From positions 1-33,854 of the forward strand of contig SLSG01000177.1 of assembly GCA_007130545.1 (NCBI GenBank): a stretch of 33,854 nucleotides of DNA. Direction: 5' to 3'. Shown one piece after another: positions 7,591-16,524 of this stretch (position 1 is the first letter of the stretch; each line of letters starts with the position of its first letter). Both the position numbers and the translations under genes were made by a program. Source of the stretch: Bacteroidales bacterium. GTDB lineage: Bacteria > Bacteroidota > Bacteroidia > Bacteroidales > UBA7960. A model generated the notes under the pieces. The model had not been told where the DNA came from. It saw only the letters and a program-made list of their open reading frames with translations, and did no database searches.

Positions 7591-9417
7591 ATGCCTGACG
7601 TGATCAAACTTCTTCCGGACTCCGTGGCCAACCAGATAGCAGCCGGGGAGGTCATCCAGCGTCCTGCCTCTGCCGTCAAGGAACTGCTTGAAAATGCGCT
7701 GGATGCCGAAGCCACACAAATCCAGCTGATCATCAAGGATGCGGGGAAAACGCTGATCCAGGTGGTAGACAACGGACAAGGCATGACGGAAACGGACGCG
7801 CGCCTGTGTTTCGAACGCCATGCCACCTCCAAGATTACCCAGGCCAGCGATTTGTTCAATATCCGCACCATGGGATTCAGGGGTGAAGCCCTGGCCTCAA
7901 TGGCTGCCATCGCCCGTGTGGAGGTGAAGACCCGCACAAAAGATGACCCCATGGGCACGGAATTGGTCATTGAGGCATCCACACTGATAAGCCAGCAGCC
8001 CTGCCAGTGTCAGCAGGGGACCAGCATTTCCGTAAAGAACCTGTTTTTTAATACTCCCGCACGCCGGAATTTCCTGAAATCAGAACAGGTGGAACGTGGG
8101 CACATACTCAGTGAGTTCACCCGCATTGCCCTTGCCAGGCCGGAAATCACATTCCAGCTCTTTCAGAATGGTCAGCTGACCCACCAACTGGATGGAAGCA
8201 AGCTAAAGCAACGCATTGTGAATCTTTATGGTAACCCCTACAACCAACGATTGGTGCCGGTAGAGGAAAACACGGAACTGATTCGCATCAGCGGCTTTGT
8301 CCTGAAGCCGGAATACGCCAAAAAAAAACGGGGTGAACAGTTCTTTTTCGTAAACCAGCGGTTCATCCGCGCAGCTTACCTGAATCATGCCGTGGAGCAA
8401 GCCTACCAGGAGCTGATCCCTGATGATATGCATCCTTCCTATTTCCTCTTCCTGGAGTTGGACCCGGAGCAGCTGGATGTGAATGTGCATCCGACAAAAA
8501 CAGAGATCAAGTTTCAGGATGAGCGATATATATACCAGATTTTGAAAGCTTCGGTTAAACGCGCCCTTGGAAAATACAATATTGCCCCCAGCCTGGATTT
8601 TGAGAGGGAAACCGCTTTCGACCAGCTGCACATCGACCCTGCCGCCACGCCATCCCCGCCGCAGATCCGGATCAACCCGGATTACAACCCTTTTGAATCC
8701 GGTGCAAATCGTACAGGGACCGCTGGACGGGTGGACCCTGCCCAATGGGAGGAACTTTTCCGGACCAGGACGGAAGAGATTGCGTCTCCTTCCGGGGAGG
8801 GTGGATCAAGCATCCGGGTCCCATCCGACTGGGCCGAAACGGATAAGCCAGCGCCAAATAAACTTTTACAGCTTAGTCAACGTTACATTTTGGCAACGGT
8901 AAGGTCAGGCATCATGATTATTGACCAGCAAAGGGCCCACGAAAGGGTGCTGTTCGAAAGCTACCTGGAGAGGCTGGAAAAACAAAACGCTTCTTCCCAG
9001 CAATTGCTGTTCCCGGTTAACCTCCACCTGATCGATAACGATGCAGAGCTGTTCACCGAGATCCTGCCGCAACTCCAAATACTGGGGTTTCGGGCCAGCC
9101 GGCTTAAGCCGGGGACTTTTGTGATCGATGCCGTTCCGGCCGAAATGGACGGGAAGGAATCCGTACAGCACATCATGGAGGGCATTCTGGAAGACTACCA
9201 GATAAACAGGATCCAGGCCAAAGGGGACATACGGACCAGCCTGGCCAGGACCCTGGCAAAAAAAATGGCGGTAAGACATGGGAAGACACTTCAGGATGAA
9301 GAAATGAAGGCATTGATCGAAAACCTCTTCGCCTGCCGGATGCCATACCAGTCCCCCGCCGGAAAACCGACTGTCCAGCTGCTGGGCCTGGACGAACTCT
9401 CGGAAAAGTTTAAATAA
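7591..9417 (+). CDS. mutL: DNA mismatch repair protein MutL
   Basis: 608 aa. The GHKL ATPase N-terminus LPDSVANQIAAGEVIQRPASAVKELLENALDA, the DNGQGM and GFRGEAL motifs, and a C-terminal dimerisation region are all present. Confidence 0.97.
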   Translation: MPDVIKLLPDSVANQIAAGEVIQRPASAVKELLENALDAEATQIQLIIKDAGKTLIQVVDNGQGMTETDARLCFERHATSKITQASDLFNIRTMGFRGEALASMAAIARVEVKTRTKDDPMGTELVIEASTLISQQPCQCQQGTSISVKNLFFNTPARRNFLKSEQVERGHILSEFTRIALARPEITFQLFQNGQLTHQLDGSKLKQRIVNLYGNPYNQRLVPVEENTELIRISGFVLKPEYAKKKRGEQFFFVNQRFIRAAYLNHAVEQAYQELIPDDMHPSYFLFLELDPEQLDVNVHPTKTEIKFQDERYIYQILKASVKRALGKYNIAPSLDFERETAFDQLHIDPAATPSPPQIRINPDYNPFESGANRTGTAGRVDPAQWEELFRTRTEEIASPSGEGGSSIRVPSDWAETDKPAPNKLLQLSQRYILATVRSGIMIIDQQRAHERVLFESYLERLEKQNASSQQLLFPVNLHLIDNDAELFTEILPQLQILGFRASRLKPGTFVIDAVPAEMDGKESVQHIMEGILEDYQINRIQAKGDIRTSLARTLAKKMAVRHGKTLQDEEMKALIENLFACRMPYQSPAGKPTVQLLGLDELSEKFK

Positions 9418-9419
9418 GC

Positions 9420-9427
9420 TATCTTTG
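9420..9427 (+). promoter_or_regulatory. Bacteroidota-type -7 promoter box (TATCTTTG)
   Basis: Exact TAnnTTTG match, immediately after the mutL stop codon and 43 nt upstream of the rhomboid ATG at 9470. Confidence 0.45.
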
Positions 9428-9469
9428 CAGGTACTTATGTTTAGCTATCACTGTTCAAAACCTAGATAA

Positions 9470-10222
9470 ATGGCACAATTCCGACCTGGCGGGTTTAACC
9501 TGCTTCCGACCGTGGTCAAGAACCTGCTGATCATAAACGGACTGTTCTTCCTCGCCACCATTTCCCTGGGCAGCAGCCTGAACATGGACCTGATAAGGAG
9601 CCTGGGGCTGCATCTTCCGGGATCTCCGCGGTTTGAGCCCTACCAGCTGGTGACCCATATGTTCATGCATGCGAACTTTTCACACATCTTTTTCAATATG
9701 TTCGCCCTGTGGATGTTCGGTACCGCAATCGAAAACCTGATGGGTGGCCGCCGCTTCCTGGTGTACTACCTGATCACGGGCTTCGGGGCCGCATTTTTGC
9801 ACCTGGGAGTGTCTTACATAGAGACCCTCAGCCTGAGGAACGAACTGCTGGCAGCAGGCTATTCCGCCGCAGATCTTCAGCGTTTCGTGCAGACCGGCAG
9901 CTATTCCGTTCTGCACGGCGTTCCGGAACGCACCGTCGTGCATTACCTGGCCAAATACTTTATCCCCACCGTGGGGGCCTCCGGGGCCGTGTTTGGCATC
10001 CTGCTGGCATTCGGGATGTTCTTTCCCAATAGCTATATCTACCTGTTCTTTGCCATCCCCATGAAAGCCAAATATTTCGTAATGGCCTACGGGGCCCTGG
10101 AGCTGTTTTCCGGTTTGTACCGTTCGGGAAGCAACATCGCGCACTTCGCCCACCTGGGAGGCATGGTTTTCGGCTTCCTGCTCATAATATACTGGCGCAG
10201 AAAAGGAGAGATCTTTTATTGA
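9470..10222 (+). CDS. Rhomboid-family intramembrane serine protease
   Basis: 250 aa, polytopic. The conserved HxxxN region (FMHANFSHIFFNMFALW), the catalytic GASGAVFG (GxSG) and the catalytic His in AHFAHLGGMVFG are present. Confidence 0.9.
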   Translation: MAQFRPGGFNLLPTVVKNLLIINGLFFLATISLGSSLNMDLIRSLGLHLPGSPRFEPYQLVTHMFMHANFSHIFFNMFALWMFGTAIENLMGGRRFLVYYLITGFGAAFLHLGVSYIETLSLRNELLAAGYSAADLQRFVQTGSYSVLHGVPERTVVHYLAKYFIPTVGASGAVFGILLAFGMFFPNSYIYLFFAIPMKAKYFVMAYGALELFSGLYRSGSNIAHFAHLGGMVFGFLLIIYWRRKGEIFY

Positions 10223-10245
10223 TCCACCGGTAACCCGTTTTTGGA

Positions 10246-11142
10246 ATGCAACCATCCATTTTCTCTGAGATCAGGCAATTCTTTTTCCGGGGGTCAGTAC
10301 TGGCCCGTCTGGTGGGTATCAACCTGGCGGTGTTCCTGGCCGTGAACCTTATCCGGGTATTGTTCTTTCTCTTCGACAGCGGGGGCATTGGAGAAAACCT
10401 GAGCCAGTGGCTGGGCATTTCCTCCAACGTCCATGTGGTCCTGCACCGGCCGTGGACCCTGCTGACTTATATGTTCCTCCATTTTGACCTGTTGCATATT
10501 TTCTTCAATATGATCGTGCTTTACGTCGGGGGAAGGCTTTTTTCCGATTTTATAGGGTCAGACAGGCTGGTCCCGACCTATTTGTTCGGAGGCCTGGCCG
10601 GGGCGGTGTTTTATGTCGTGTCGTTCAATATTTTTCCGGCCTTCAGGGATGTTGTGGCATTCTCCGTGGCCATAGGCGCTTCGGCCTCCGTGCTGGCAAT
10701 CTTCATTGCCATTGCCGTTTACATGCCGAACTACCAGCTGCCCCTGCTTTTATTGGGACGAATCAGGCTGAAGTACATCGCCCTGTTTTTTGTGGTGATG
10801 GACCTGATCAGTATTGACAAGGGCAATCCGGGAGGCCACCTGGCCCACCTGGGCGGAGCCGCTTGGGGATTTTTCTATGCCAGCCTGCTCAAAAGGGGCC
10901 TTGACCCGGCACGTGGCATCGGAGCGTGGATGGATGCGGTTGCCGGACTGTTCAGCAGAAGGCCCAGGATGCGGGTGGAGTACCACCGGGACCGCCCCAT
11001 CACCGATGAGGAATACAACGACCAAAAGGCGGCGGACAGGGAGAAAATGGACGACATCCTGGATAAGATCTCCCGGTTTGGGTACGACAGCCTAACAAAG
11101 GAGGAAAAGCAGTTCCTTTTTAAAATGGGCGATCATAAATAA
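10246..11142 (+). CDS. Second rhomboid-family protein, with a charged cytoplasmic C-terminal tail
   Basis: 298 aa. Rhomboid motifs are present: FLHFDLLHIFFNMIVL, GASASVLAI (GxSx) and HLAHLGGAAWG. There is an extra C-terminal tail of about 70 aa ending DDILDKISRFGYDSLTKEEKQFLFKMG. Confidence 0.85.
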   Translation: MQPSIFSEIRQFFFRGSVLARLVGINLAVFLAVNLIRVLFFLFDSGGIGENLSQWLGISSNVHVVLHRPWTLLTYMFLHFDLLHIFFNMIVLYVGGRLFSDFIGSDRLVPTYLFGGLAGAVFYVVSFNIFPAFRDVVAFSVAIGASASVLAIFIAIAVYMPNYQLPLLLLGRIRLKYIALFFVVMDLISIDKGNPGGHLAHLGGAAWGFFYASLLKRGLDPARGIGAWMDAVAGLFSRRPRMRVEYHRDRPITDEEYNDQKAADREKMDDILDKISRFGYDSLTKEEKQFLFKMGDHK

Positions 11143-11154
11143 ACACCACCGTAC

Positions 11155-13176
11155 ATGCATTTCAGGCTCACCAGTGATTTCTCTCCTACCGGCGATCAGC
11201 CCGAAGCCATTGACCAGCTGACCAAAGGCCTGAATGCAGGTGTGCCTTTCCAGACCTTGCTCGGGGTCACTGGCTCCGGAAAAACCTTTACAATCGCCAA
11301 TGTCATCGAAAGGGTGCAGAAACCCACCCTGGTCCTTAGTCACAACAAAACTCTGGCCGCCCAGCTTTATGGTGAGTTCCGCCAGTTTTTCCCAGACAAT
11401 GCAGTAGAATATTTTGTATCCTACTATGACTACTACCAGCCGGAAGCGTTTATCCCATCTTCAAACACCTATATTGAAAAGGATCTCTCCATCAATGATG
11501 AGATCGAAAAACTCAGGCTCAGCGCTTCGAGCACCCTGCTGTCGGGACGCAGGGATGTCATCGTGGTGAGTTCGGTCTCCTGTATCTATGGCATCGGCAA
11601 TCCAAACGATTTCAACGCGAACATCATCCGGCTGACCACCGGGGAGGCCATAGGCCGGAACGCATTGCTCCACCGCCTGGTGGGTGGATTGTATAGCCGG
11701 ACCCAGGTGGAGTTTACCCGCGGAACATTCCGCGTAAAGGGGGATACAGTGGACGTATTTCCTGCCTATGCAGACATTGCCTACCGCATCCTTTTCTGGG
11801 GGGACGAGATCGAAACCCTGGAATCCATCGTCCCGGATACCGGAAAAAAGATTCAGTCCCTTGACCACCTTGCCATATACCCTGCCAATATCTTTGTAAC
11901 CTCCAAGGACAGAATGCAGCAGGCCATAAGGGAAATACAGGATGATTTGGTGGACCGGGTCAGCTTTTTAAGCGGTGATGGAAGGGCCCTTGAAGCCAAA
12001 AGGCTGGAGGACCGGGTAAACTACGACCTGGAAATGATCAGGGAACTTGGGTATTGTTCAGGCATTGAGAATTATTCCCGTTACTTCGACGGCAGAAAGC
12101 CAGGCTCGCGCCCCTTCTGTTTGCTGGACTATTTTCCGAAGGATTTTCTCATGGTGGTGGACGAAAGCCATGCGACCATTCCGCAGGTGCACGCCATGTA
12201 CGGAGGGGACTTTTCCAGGAAGCAGAACCTGGTGGAATACGGTTTCAGGCTGCCGGCCGCCCTGGACAACAGGCCACTTAAGTTTGATGAATTCGAGTCC
12301 CTTATCAACCAGGTAATCTTTGTAAGTGCCACTCCGGCAGACTACGAACTGAACCGCAGCGAGGGCGTGATCGTGGAACAGGTAATCCGGCCAACCGGCT
12401 TGCTGGAACCCGAAATAGAAGTACGCCCCAGCCTGAACCAGATCGATGACCTGCTGGAGGAGATACGGCTGCGCATAGAGCGCAACGAAAGGGTCCTTGT
12501 AACCACCCTGACCAAGCGCATGACCGAGGAGCTGACGAAATACCTCGTACAAGCCGGTATTCTTTGCCGGTACATCCATTCGGATGTGGACACCCTGGAG
12601 CGGGTCGAGATCCTCCGTGATCTGCGCCTCGGAAATTTCGACGTACTGGTGGGAGTCAACCTGTTGAGAGAGGGACTTGACCTTCCGGAAGTCTCACTGG
12701 TAGCCATACTGGATGCCGACAAGGAAGGATTCCTGCGCTCCGAACGCTCCCTGATACAGACTGCTGGCAGGGCTGCCCGGAACCTAAACTCCAGGGTGAT
12801 CATGTATGCAGATACCATCACCCGCTCCATGCAATTGGCCATCGAAGCCACGAATTACAAAAGGGAGAAGCAGCTACGGTACAACGAAATTCACCACATC
12901 ACCCCTGCACAGATCCGTAAATCCGTTGAGGCCATACACGGCCAGACCTCTGTAGCAGGATCAACGAACACCCGGGGATATACGGAAAAGCAGGAGATTG
13001 ACCTGGCCGCCGACCCCGTTGTAAGGTACATGACCAGGGAACAATTGCAGAAGGCCATCATCAGGTCCCGGAAAGAAATGGGTGCTGCAGCCAGGGAGTT
13101 GGATTTCATCGAGGCTGCCCGTTTGCGGGACGAACTGTTCGCACTGGAAAAATTATTCAACGAGAAATACCTCTAA
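11155..13176 (+). CDS. uvrB: Excinuclease ABC subunit B (UvrB)
   Basis: 673 aa. Walker A GVTGSGKTFT, the YYDYYQPEA beta-hairpin region, helicase motifs (VDESH, LREGLDLPEVSLV, QTAGRAARN) and the C-terminal UVR motif (EAARLRDELFALE) are present. Confidence 0.98.
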   Translation: MHFRLTSDFSPTGDQPEAIDQLTKGLNAGVPFQTLLGVTGSGKTFTIANVIERVQKPTLVLSHNKTLAAQLYGEFRQFFPDNAVEYFVSYYDYYQPEAFIPSSNTYIEKDLSINDEIEKLRLSASSTLLSGRRDVIVVSSVSCIYGIGNPNDFNANIIRLTTGEAIGRNALLHRLVGGLYSRTQVEFTRGTFRVKGDTVDVFPAYADIAYRILFWGDEIETLESIVPDTGKKIQSLDHLAIYPANIFVTSKDRMQQAIREIQDDLVDRVSFLSGDGRALEAKRLEDRVNYDLEMIRELGYCSGIENYSRYFDGRKPGSRPFCLLDYFPKDFLMVVDESHATIPQVHAMYGGDFSRKQNLVEYGFRLPAALDNRPLKFDEFESLINQVIFVSATPADYELNRSEGVIVEQVIRPTGLLEPEIEVRPSLNQIDDLLEEIRLRIERNERVLVTTLTKRMTEELTKYLVQAGILCRYIHSDVDTLERVEILRDLRLGNFDVLVGVNLLREGLDLPEVSLVAILDADKEGFLRSERSLIQTAGRAARNLNSRVIMYADTITRSMQLAIEATNYKREKQLRYNEIHHITPAQIRKSVEAIHGQTSVAGSTNTRGYTEKQEIDLAADPVVRYMTREQLQKAIIRSRKEMGAAARELDFIEAARLRDELFALEKLFNEKYL

Positions 13177-13179
13177 CAT

Positions 13180-13851
13180 ATGCAAATACAACTGCCCAAA
13201 CCGCTCCAGCCCATGTTCTCCCCTCCCCCCAGCCCGTCCAATACCATTTTCATGGATTTTTCATCCGGCAACAAAGCTTTGGACACATTGGATTTGTCAG
13301 ATACCCTTCAGATGAACCGTTTCGTCTTTGGGCAGATGGAGGCTGCGGGGGCAACTTACGGCTTCGGAGGATACCTGGAAGACCGGGCCATATATCGGAG
13401 AAGTACACACTTCACCCCATCAGACGGTCCTGCCAGAAGCATCCACCTGGGGGTGGACATCTGGGTTAAAGCAGGCAGTCCGGTTTTCCTGCCATTGGCG
13501 GGCAAGGTGCATAGTTTTCAGGTCAATGATACCTATGGGGATTACGGACCGACCATCATCATGGAACATACATTGCCAGGACAGACACTCTACACATTGT
13601 ACGGACATCTGAGTCCGGATTCCCTGCAGGACCTTGTCCAGGGAAAAACCTTCCGGGCAGGGGAAGAATTGTGCCGGGTCGGAGACTTTCCAGTGAACGG
13701 GGACTGGCCGCCGCACCTGCATTTTCAGCTTATCACCGACATGATGGGAAATACGGGCGATTTCCCCGGCGTCTGCCTGCCGGAGGAAAAGCAGGCATAC
13801 AAGGTGCTCTGCCCGGACCCCATTGTATTCTTTCCTGAACTCCATCGGTAA
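13180..13851 (+). CDS. M23 (LytM)-fold metallopeptidase-like protein with no signal peptide
   Basis: 223 aa. M23 metal-ligand-like motifs are present: HLGVDIW (HxxxD), YGHL and PPHLHFQL (HxH). No N-terminal hydrophobic signal is visible. The ATG lies 3 nt after the uvrB stop codon. The start could instead be Met12 (13213). Confidence 0.78.
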   Translation: MQIQLPKPLQPMFSPPPSPSNTIFMDFSSGNKALDTLDLSDTLQMNRFVFGQMEAAGATYGFGGYLEDRAIYRRSTHFTPSDGPARSIHLGVDIWVKAGSPVFLPLAGKVHSFQVNDTYGDYGPTIIMEHTLPGQTLYTLYGHLSPDSLQDLVQGKTFRAGEELCRVGDFPVNGDWPPHLHFQLITDMMGNTGDFPGVCLPEEKQAYKVLCPDPIVFFPELHR

Positions 13852-13906
13852 AATATGGGGCTGCCGATACATGAACAAAATTTGTAAATAGTACCAATTA
13901 AATCTT

Positions 13907-13914
13907 TAGTTTTG
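13907..13914 (+). promoter_or_regulatory. Bacteroidota-type -7 promoter box (TAGTTTTG) with an upstream TTTG at 13881-13884
   Basis: Exact TAnnTTTG match, 32 nt upstream of the GTG at 13946. Confidence 0.5.
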
Positions 13915-13945
13915 CATTTCCATTTTTAACCAAAAGGTACGCATC

Positions 13946-15193
13946 GTGGACGTTTTCGATAAAGCTATACATAAAATGGGACCTCTCGGGCAATACGCCG
14001 CCCAGGTCCACGGATATTTCACTTTCCCGAAACTAGAGGGGGAGATCTCTAACCGCATGGTATTTCAGGGAAAGGAAAGGCTGGTTTGGAGCCTGAACAA
14101 TTACCTTGGCCTGGCGAACCACCCCGAAGTCAGAAAGGCGGATGCGGAAGCCTCAGCCACTTACGGACTGGCCCTTCCCATGGGTGCCAGAATGATGTCC
14201 GGACAATCCGACCTGCATGAGCAGCTGGAGCGGGAGTTGGCCGCATTTGTGGAAAAGGAATCGGCTTACCTGCTGAATTACGGATACCAGGGAATGGTCT
14301 CAATCATCGACTCGCTCCTCGACAGAAAGGATGTGGTGGTATACGACTCGGAGTCGCACGCCTGCATCGTGGATGGCTTGCGCATGCATTTGGGCAAGCG
14401 TTTCGTTTTCCCGCACAACAACATGGAAAACCTCCGCAAACAACTGGAGCGCGCAAGCAAGATCTGCGAGGAGACCGGGGGCGGCATCCTGGTGATCACA
14501 GAAGGGGTCTTTGGAATGTCCGGGGATCTTGGCAAGCTGGATGAGATCGTGGCCATGAAGAAGGATTTAAATTTCCGTCTGCTTGTGGACGATGCGCATG
14601 GTTTCGGAACCATGGGCCGGACGGGTGCCGGCGTTGCCGAGCATTTCGGGGTACAAGGGGAAGTGGATATATATTTTGGAACTTTTGCCAAGGCCATGGC
14701 TTCAATCGGGGCTTTCGTAGCCGCTCCGAAAGAGGTCATCACCTACCTGATGTACAATATGAGAAGCCAGATATTCGCAAAGTCCCTTCCGATGCCCCTG
14801 GTGGTCGGTGCGCTCAAGAGGCTGGAGCTGATCCGCAAGCATCCGGAACTGCGGGAAAAGCTTTGGGAGATCTCGACAGCGCTGCAGACGGGTTTGAGAG
14901 CCCGTGGCTTTAATATTGGCAATACCCAATCCCCTGTCACGCCGGTTTTCCTGAGTGGAGATACCGCAGAGGGGACGAACCTGGTTTATGACTTGCGGGA
15001 AAACTTCAATGTGTTCTGCTCAGCGGTCAGCTATCCGGTGGTTCCCAAGGGGGTTTTGATTCTCCGGTTGATCCCGACGGCGGTCCATACCCTGAAAGAT
15101 GTGGAATGCACCCTGGATGCCTTTTCAATGGTAAAAGCCAAACTCGACGCCGGGGCATATGCCACAGGCAAGATTGTAAACATTTTCGAATAG
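13946..15193 (+). CDS. Alpha-oxoamine synthase family PLP enzyme (serine palmitoyltransferase / cysteate-acyl transferase / KBL-like)
   Basis: 415 aa from a GTG start at 13946; the next ATG is at 13976. AOS motifs are present: NNYLGLANHP, SESHACIVDG, DDAHGFG and the PLP-lysine motif GTFAKAMAS. The N-terminus and overall pattern look more like Bacteroidota SPT-type enzymes than BioF or KBL. That comparison is from memory. Confidence 0.86.
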   Translation: MDVFDKAIHKMGPLGQYAAQVHGYFTFPKLEGEISNRMVFQGKERLVWSLNNYLGLANHPEVRKADAEASATYGLALPMGARMMSGQSDLHEQLERELAAFVEKESAYLLNYGYQGMVSIIDSLLDRKDVVVYDSESHACIVDGLRMHLGKRFVFPHNNMENLRKQLERASKICEETGGGILVITEGVFGMSGDLGKLDEIVAMKKDLNFRLLVDDAHGFGTMGRTGAGVAEHFGVQGEVDIYFGTFAKAMASIGAFVAAPKEVITYLMYNMRSQIFAKSLPMPLVVGALKRLELIRKHPELREKLWEISTALQTGLRARGFNIGNTQSPVTPVFLSGDTAEGTNLVYDLRENFNVFCSAVSYPVVPKGVLILRLIPTAVHTLKDVECTLDAFSMVKAKLDAGAYATGKIVNIFE

Positions 15194-15196
15194 CCG

Positions 15197-16501
15197 TCAG
15201 GCCCGGGTCCTGTCCAGATCCAGCACGATGCCGATGATGCGCCCGTCGCGGGACGGCTTGCCATCTGCATAGGTGGCATTGGAGAATATCCGCCGCTCCT
15301 GGCCGGAGCGGGTCAAAATCCGATAGGAAATGGAGAGCTTGTCCGACTCCCCTTTTTTTACCTTTTCAATAAATTCTTTAACCCTGGGAAGGTCTTCCTT
15401 TACAAGCTGCTTGTAGAACTCCTCTGTGGAATAATGCCGCTGGGACCCGGAGGGCACTCCCATGATCCCAAAGAAACCCGGGGAGAATATTTTCCGGTCT
15501 GTCTTCAGGTCCCACTCCCATTCCGCGATCCCAGCCATTTTTTTGATGTGGTCCAAATGTTCCAAACCTTTCTGAAGGTTGAGCTCCAGGTTCTTGATCT
15601 CTATGACCTGCCCGAGTTTCTCTGCAATGTTCTTGATCAGGATCTTTTCATTGATATGAAACGGGTCCTTGTTCAAAATTGGTTTATCTTCCAGGTAGCC
15701 CACCCGCAGAGAGCCCAGCTTCCTGCTCTGCCCCTTAATGGGAACAGTGTACGTCCACCTTGTATCCTGGAAGTTTTTTGAGGCATAGCGCAGGTCCCCG
15801 AAGGTGATTTCCACCCAGGCATCCCCGGGAAACTTCAGTCCGAACGGGATAATCTCCAGCGATCGCTCAAATATGGTATCAAAGGAGATCCCCGGTACAT
15901 TGGTAATATCCGATATGTCAAACAGGCAGTCCAGCTGCTGTACCTTCTGGTTTAAATTAATCGTCAGATTGTGAAGTTTTTCCTCTGCCTTTTTCTGTTC
16001 AGAAATATCCGTCATCACGATGATGGCCCCTGGCATATGGTCATGCAAGGCATCCAGGTAACTGATGTTCAGGCTGGCCCAAAACATCTCCCCGTTCCCC
16101 CTTACCATCTGCACCTCTTCCCGGTGAGAGCAGCCCGGACGCTTAAGCTCGTAAGGCAACCCCAGCTTCTTGGCTTCCACGGGACTCAACACAAAATCCA
16201 GTATAGAACGGTTCAACATGGTCTGGGGCCTGGCTTTGAAGATGGTACAGGCACATTTGTTTATGAACCTGACCTGGTCTTTATCATCCGTAAAGATGAG
16301 GCCCTCGTTCATATTGGTTATCAACTTGTTGTACCTTTCTTCACTTTGTTTTAGCTGCAAAAAGCTCTGGTCACGCTCAGACAGATGCTTTTCCAGGGTC
16401 ATTCGATGGCGCCGCTTTTTACCCTGCTTGTAAATCAAAAAAATAGCCAGGGTGGCCAACCAAAGGAACAGAAAAAACAGGGCTAAAAAATTCCAGTGCA
16501 T
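15197..16501 (-). CDS. Membrane-anchored PAS / GAF-like / PAS sensor protein with no recognisable output domain
   Basis: 434 aa. The N-terminal TM helix is MHWNFLALFFLFLWLATLAIFLIY. PAS1 is EERYNKLITNMNEGLIFTDDKDQVRFINKCACTIF...IIVMTDISEQKKAEEKL. A GAF-like middle region follows (LDCLFDISDI...LGSLRVGYLEDKP...EKILIKNIAEKLGQVIE). A PAS_3-like C-terminus closes the protein (GIAEWEWDLKTDRKIFSPGFFGIMG...ISYRILTRSGQERRIFSNATY...IIGIVLDLD). No HisKA/HATPase, GGDEF, EAL or HTH motif was seen. Confidence 0.78.
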   Translation of the reverse strand: MHWNFLALFFLFLWLATLAIFLIYKQGKKRRHRMTLEKHLSERDQSFLQLKQSEERYNKLITNMNEGLIFTDDKDQVRFINKCACTIFKARPQTMLNRSILDFVLSPVEAKKLGLPYELKRPGCSHREEVQMVRGNGEMFWASLNISYLDALHDHMPGAIIVMTDISEQKKAEEKLHNLTINLNQKVQQLDCLFDISDITNVPGISFDTIFERSLEIIPFGLKFPGDAWVEITFGDLRYASKNFQDTRWTYTVPIKGQSRKLGSLRVGYLEDKPILNKDPFHINEKILIKNIAEKLGQVIEIKNLELNLQKGLEHLDHIKKMAGIAEWEWDLKTDRKIFSPGFFGIMGVPSGSQRHYSTEEFYKQLVKEDLPRVKEFIEKVKKGESDKLSISYRILTRSGQERRIFSNATYADGKPSRDGRIIGIVLDLDRTRA

Positions 16502-16524
16502 GGTCTTGAGTGCTTGGTAACTTA

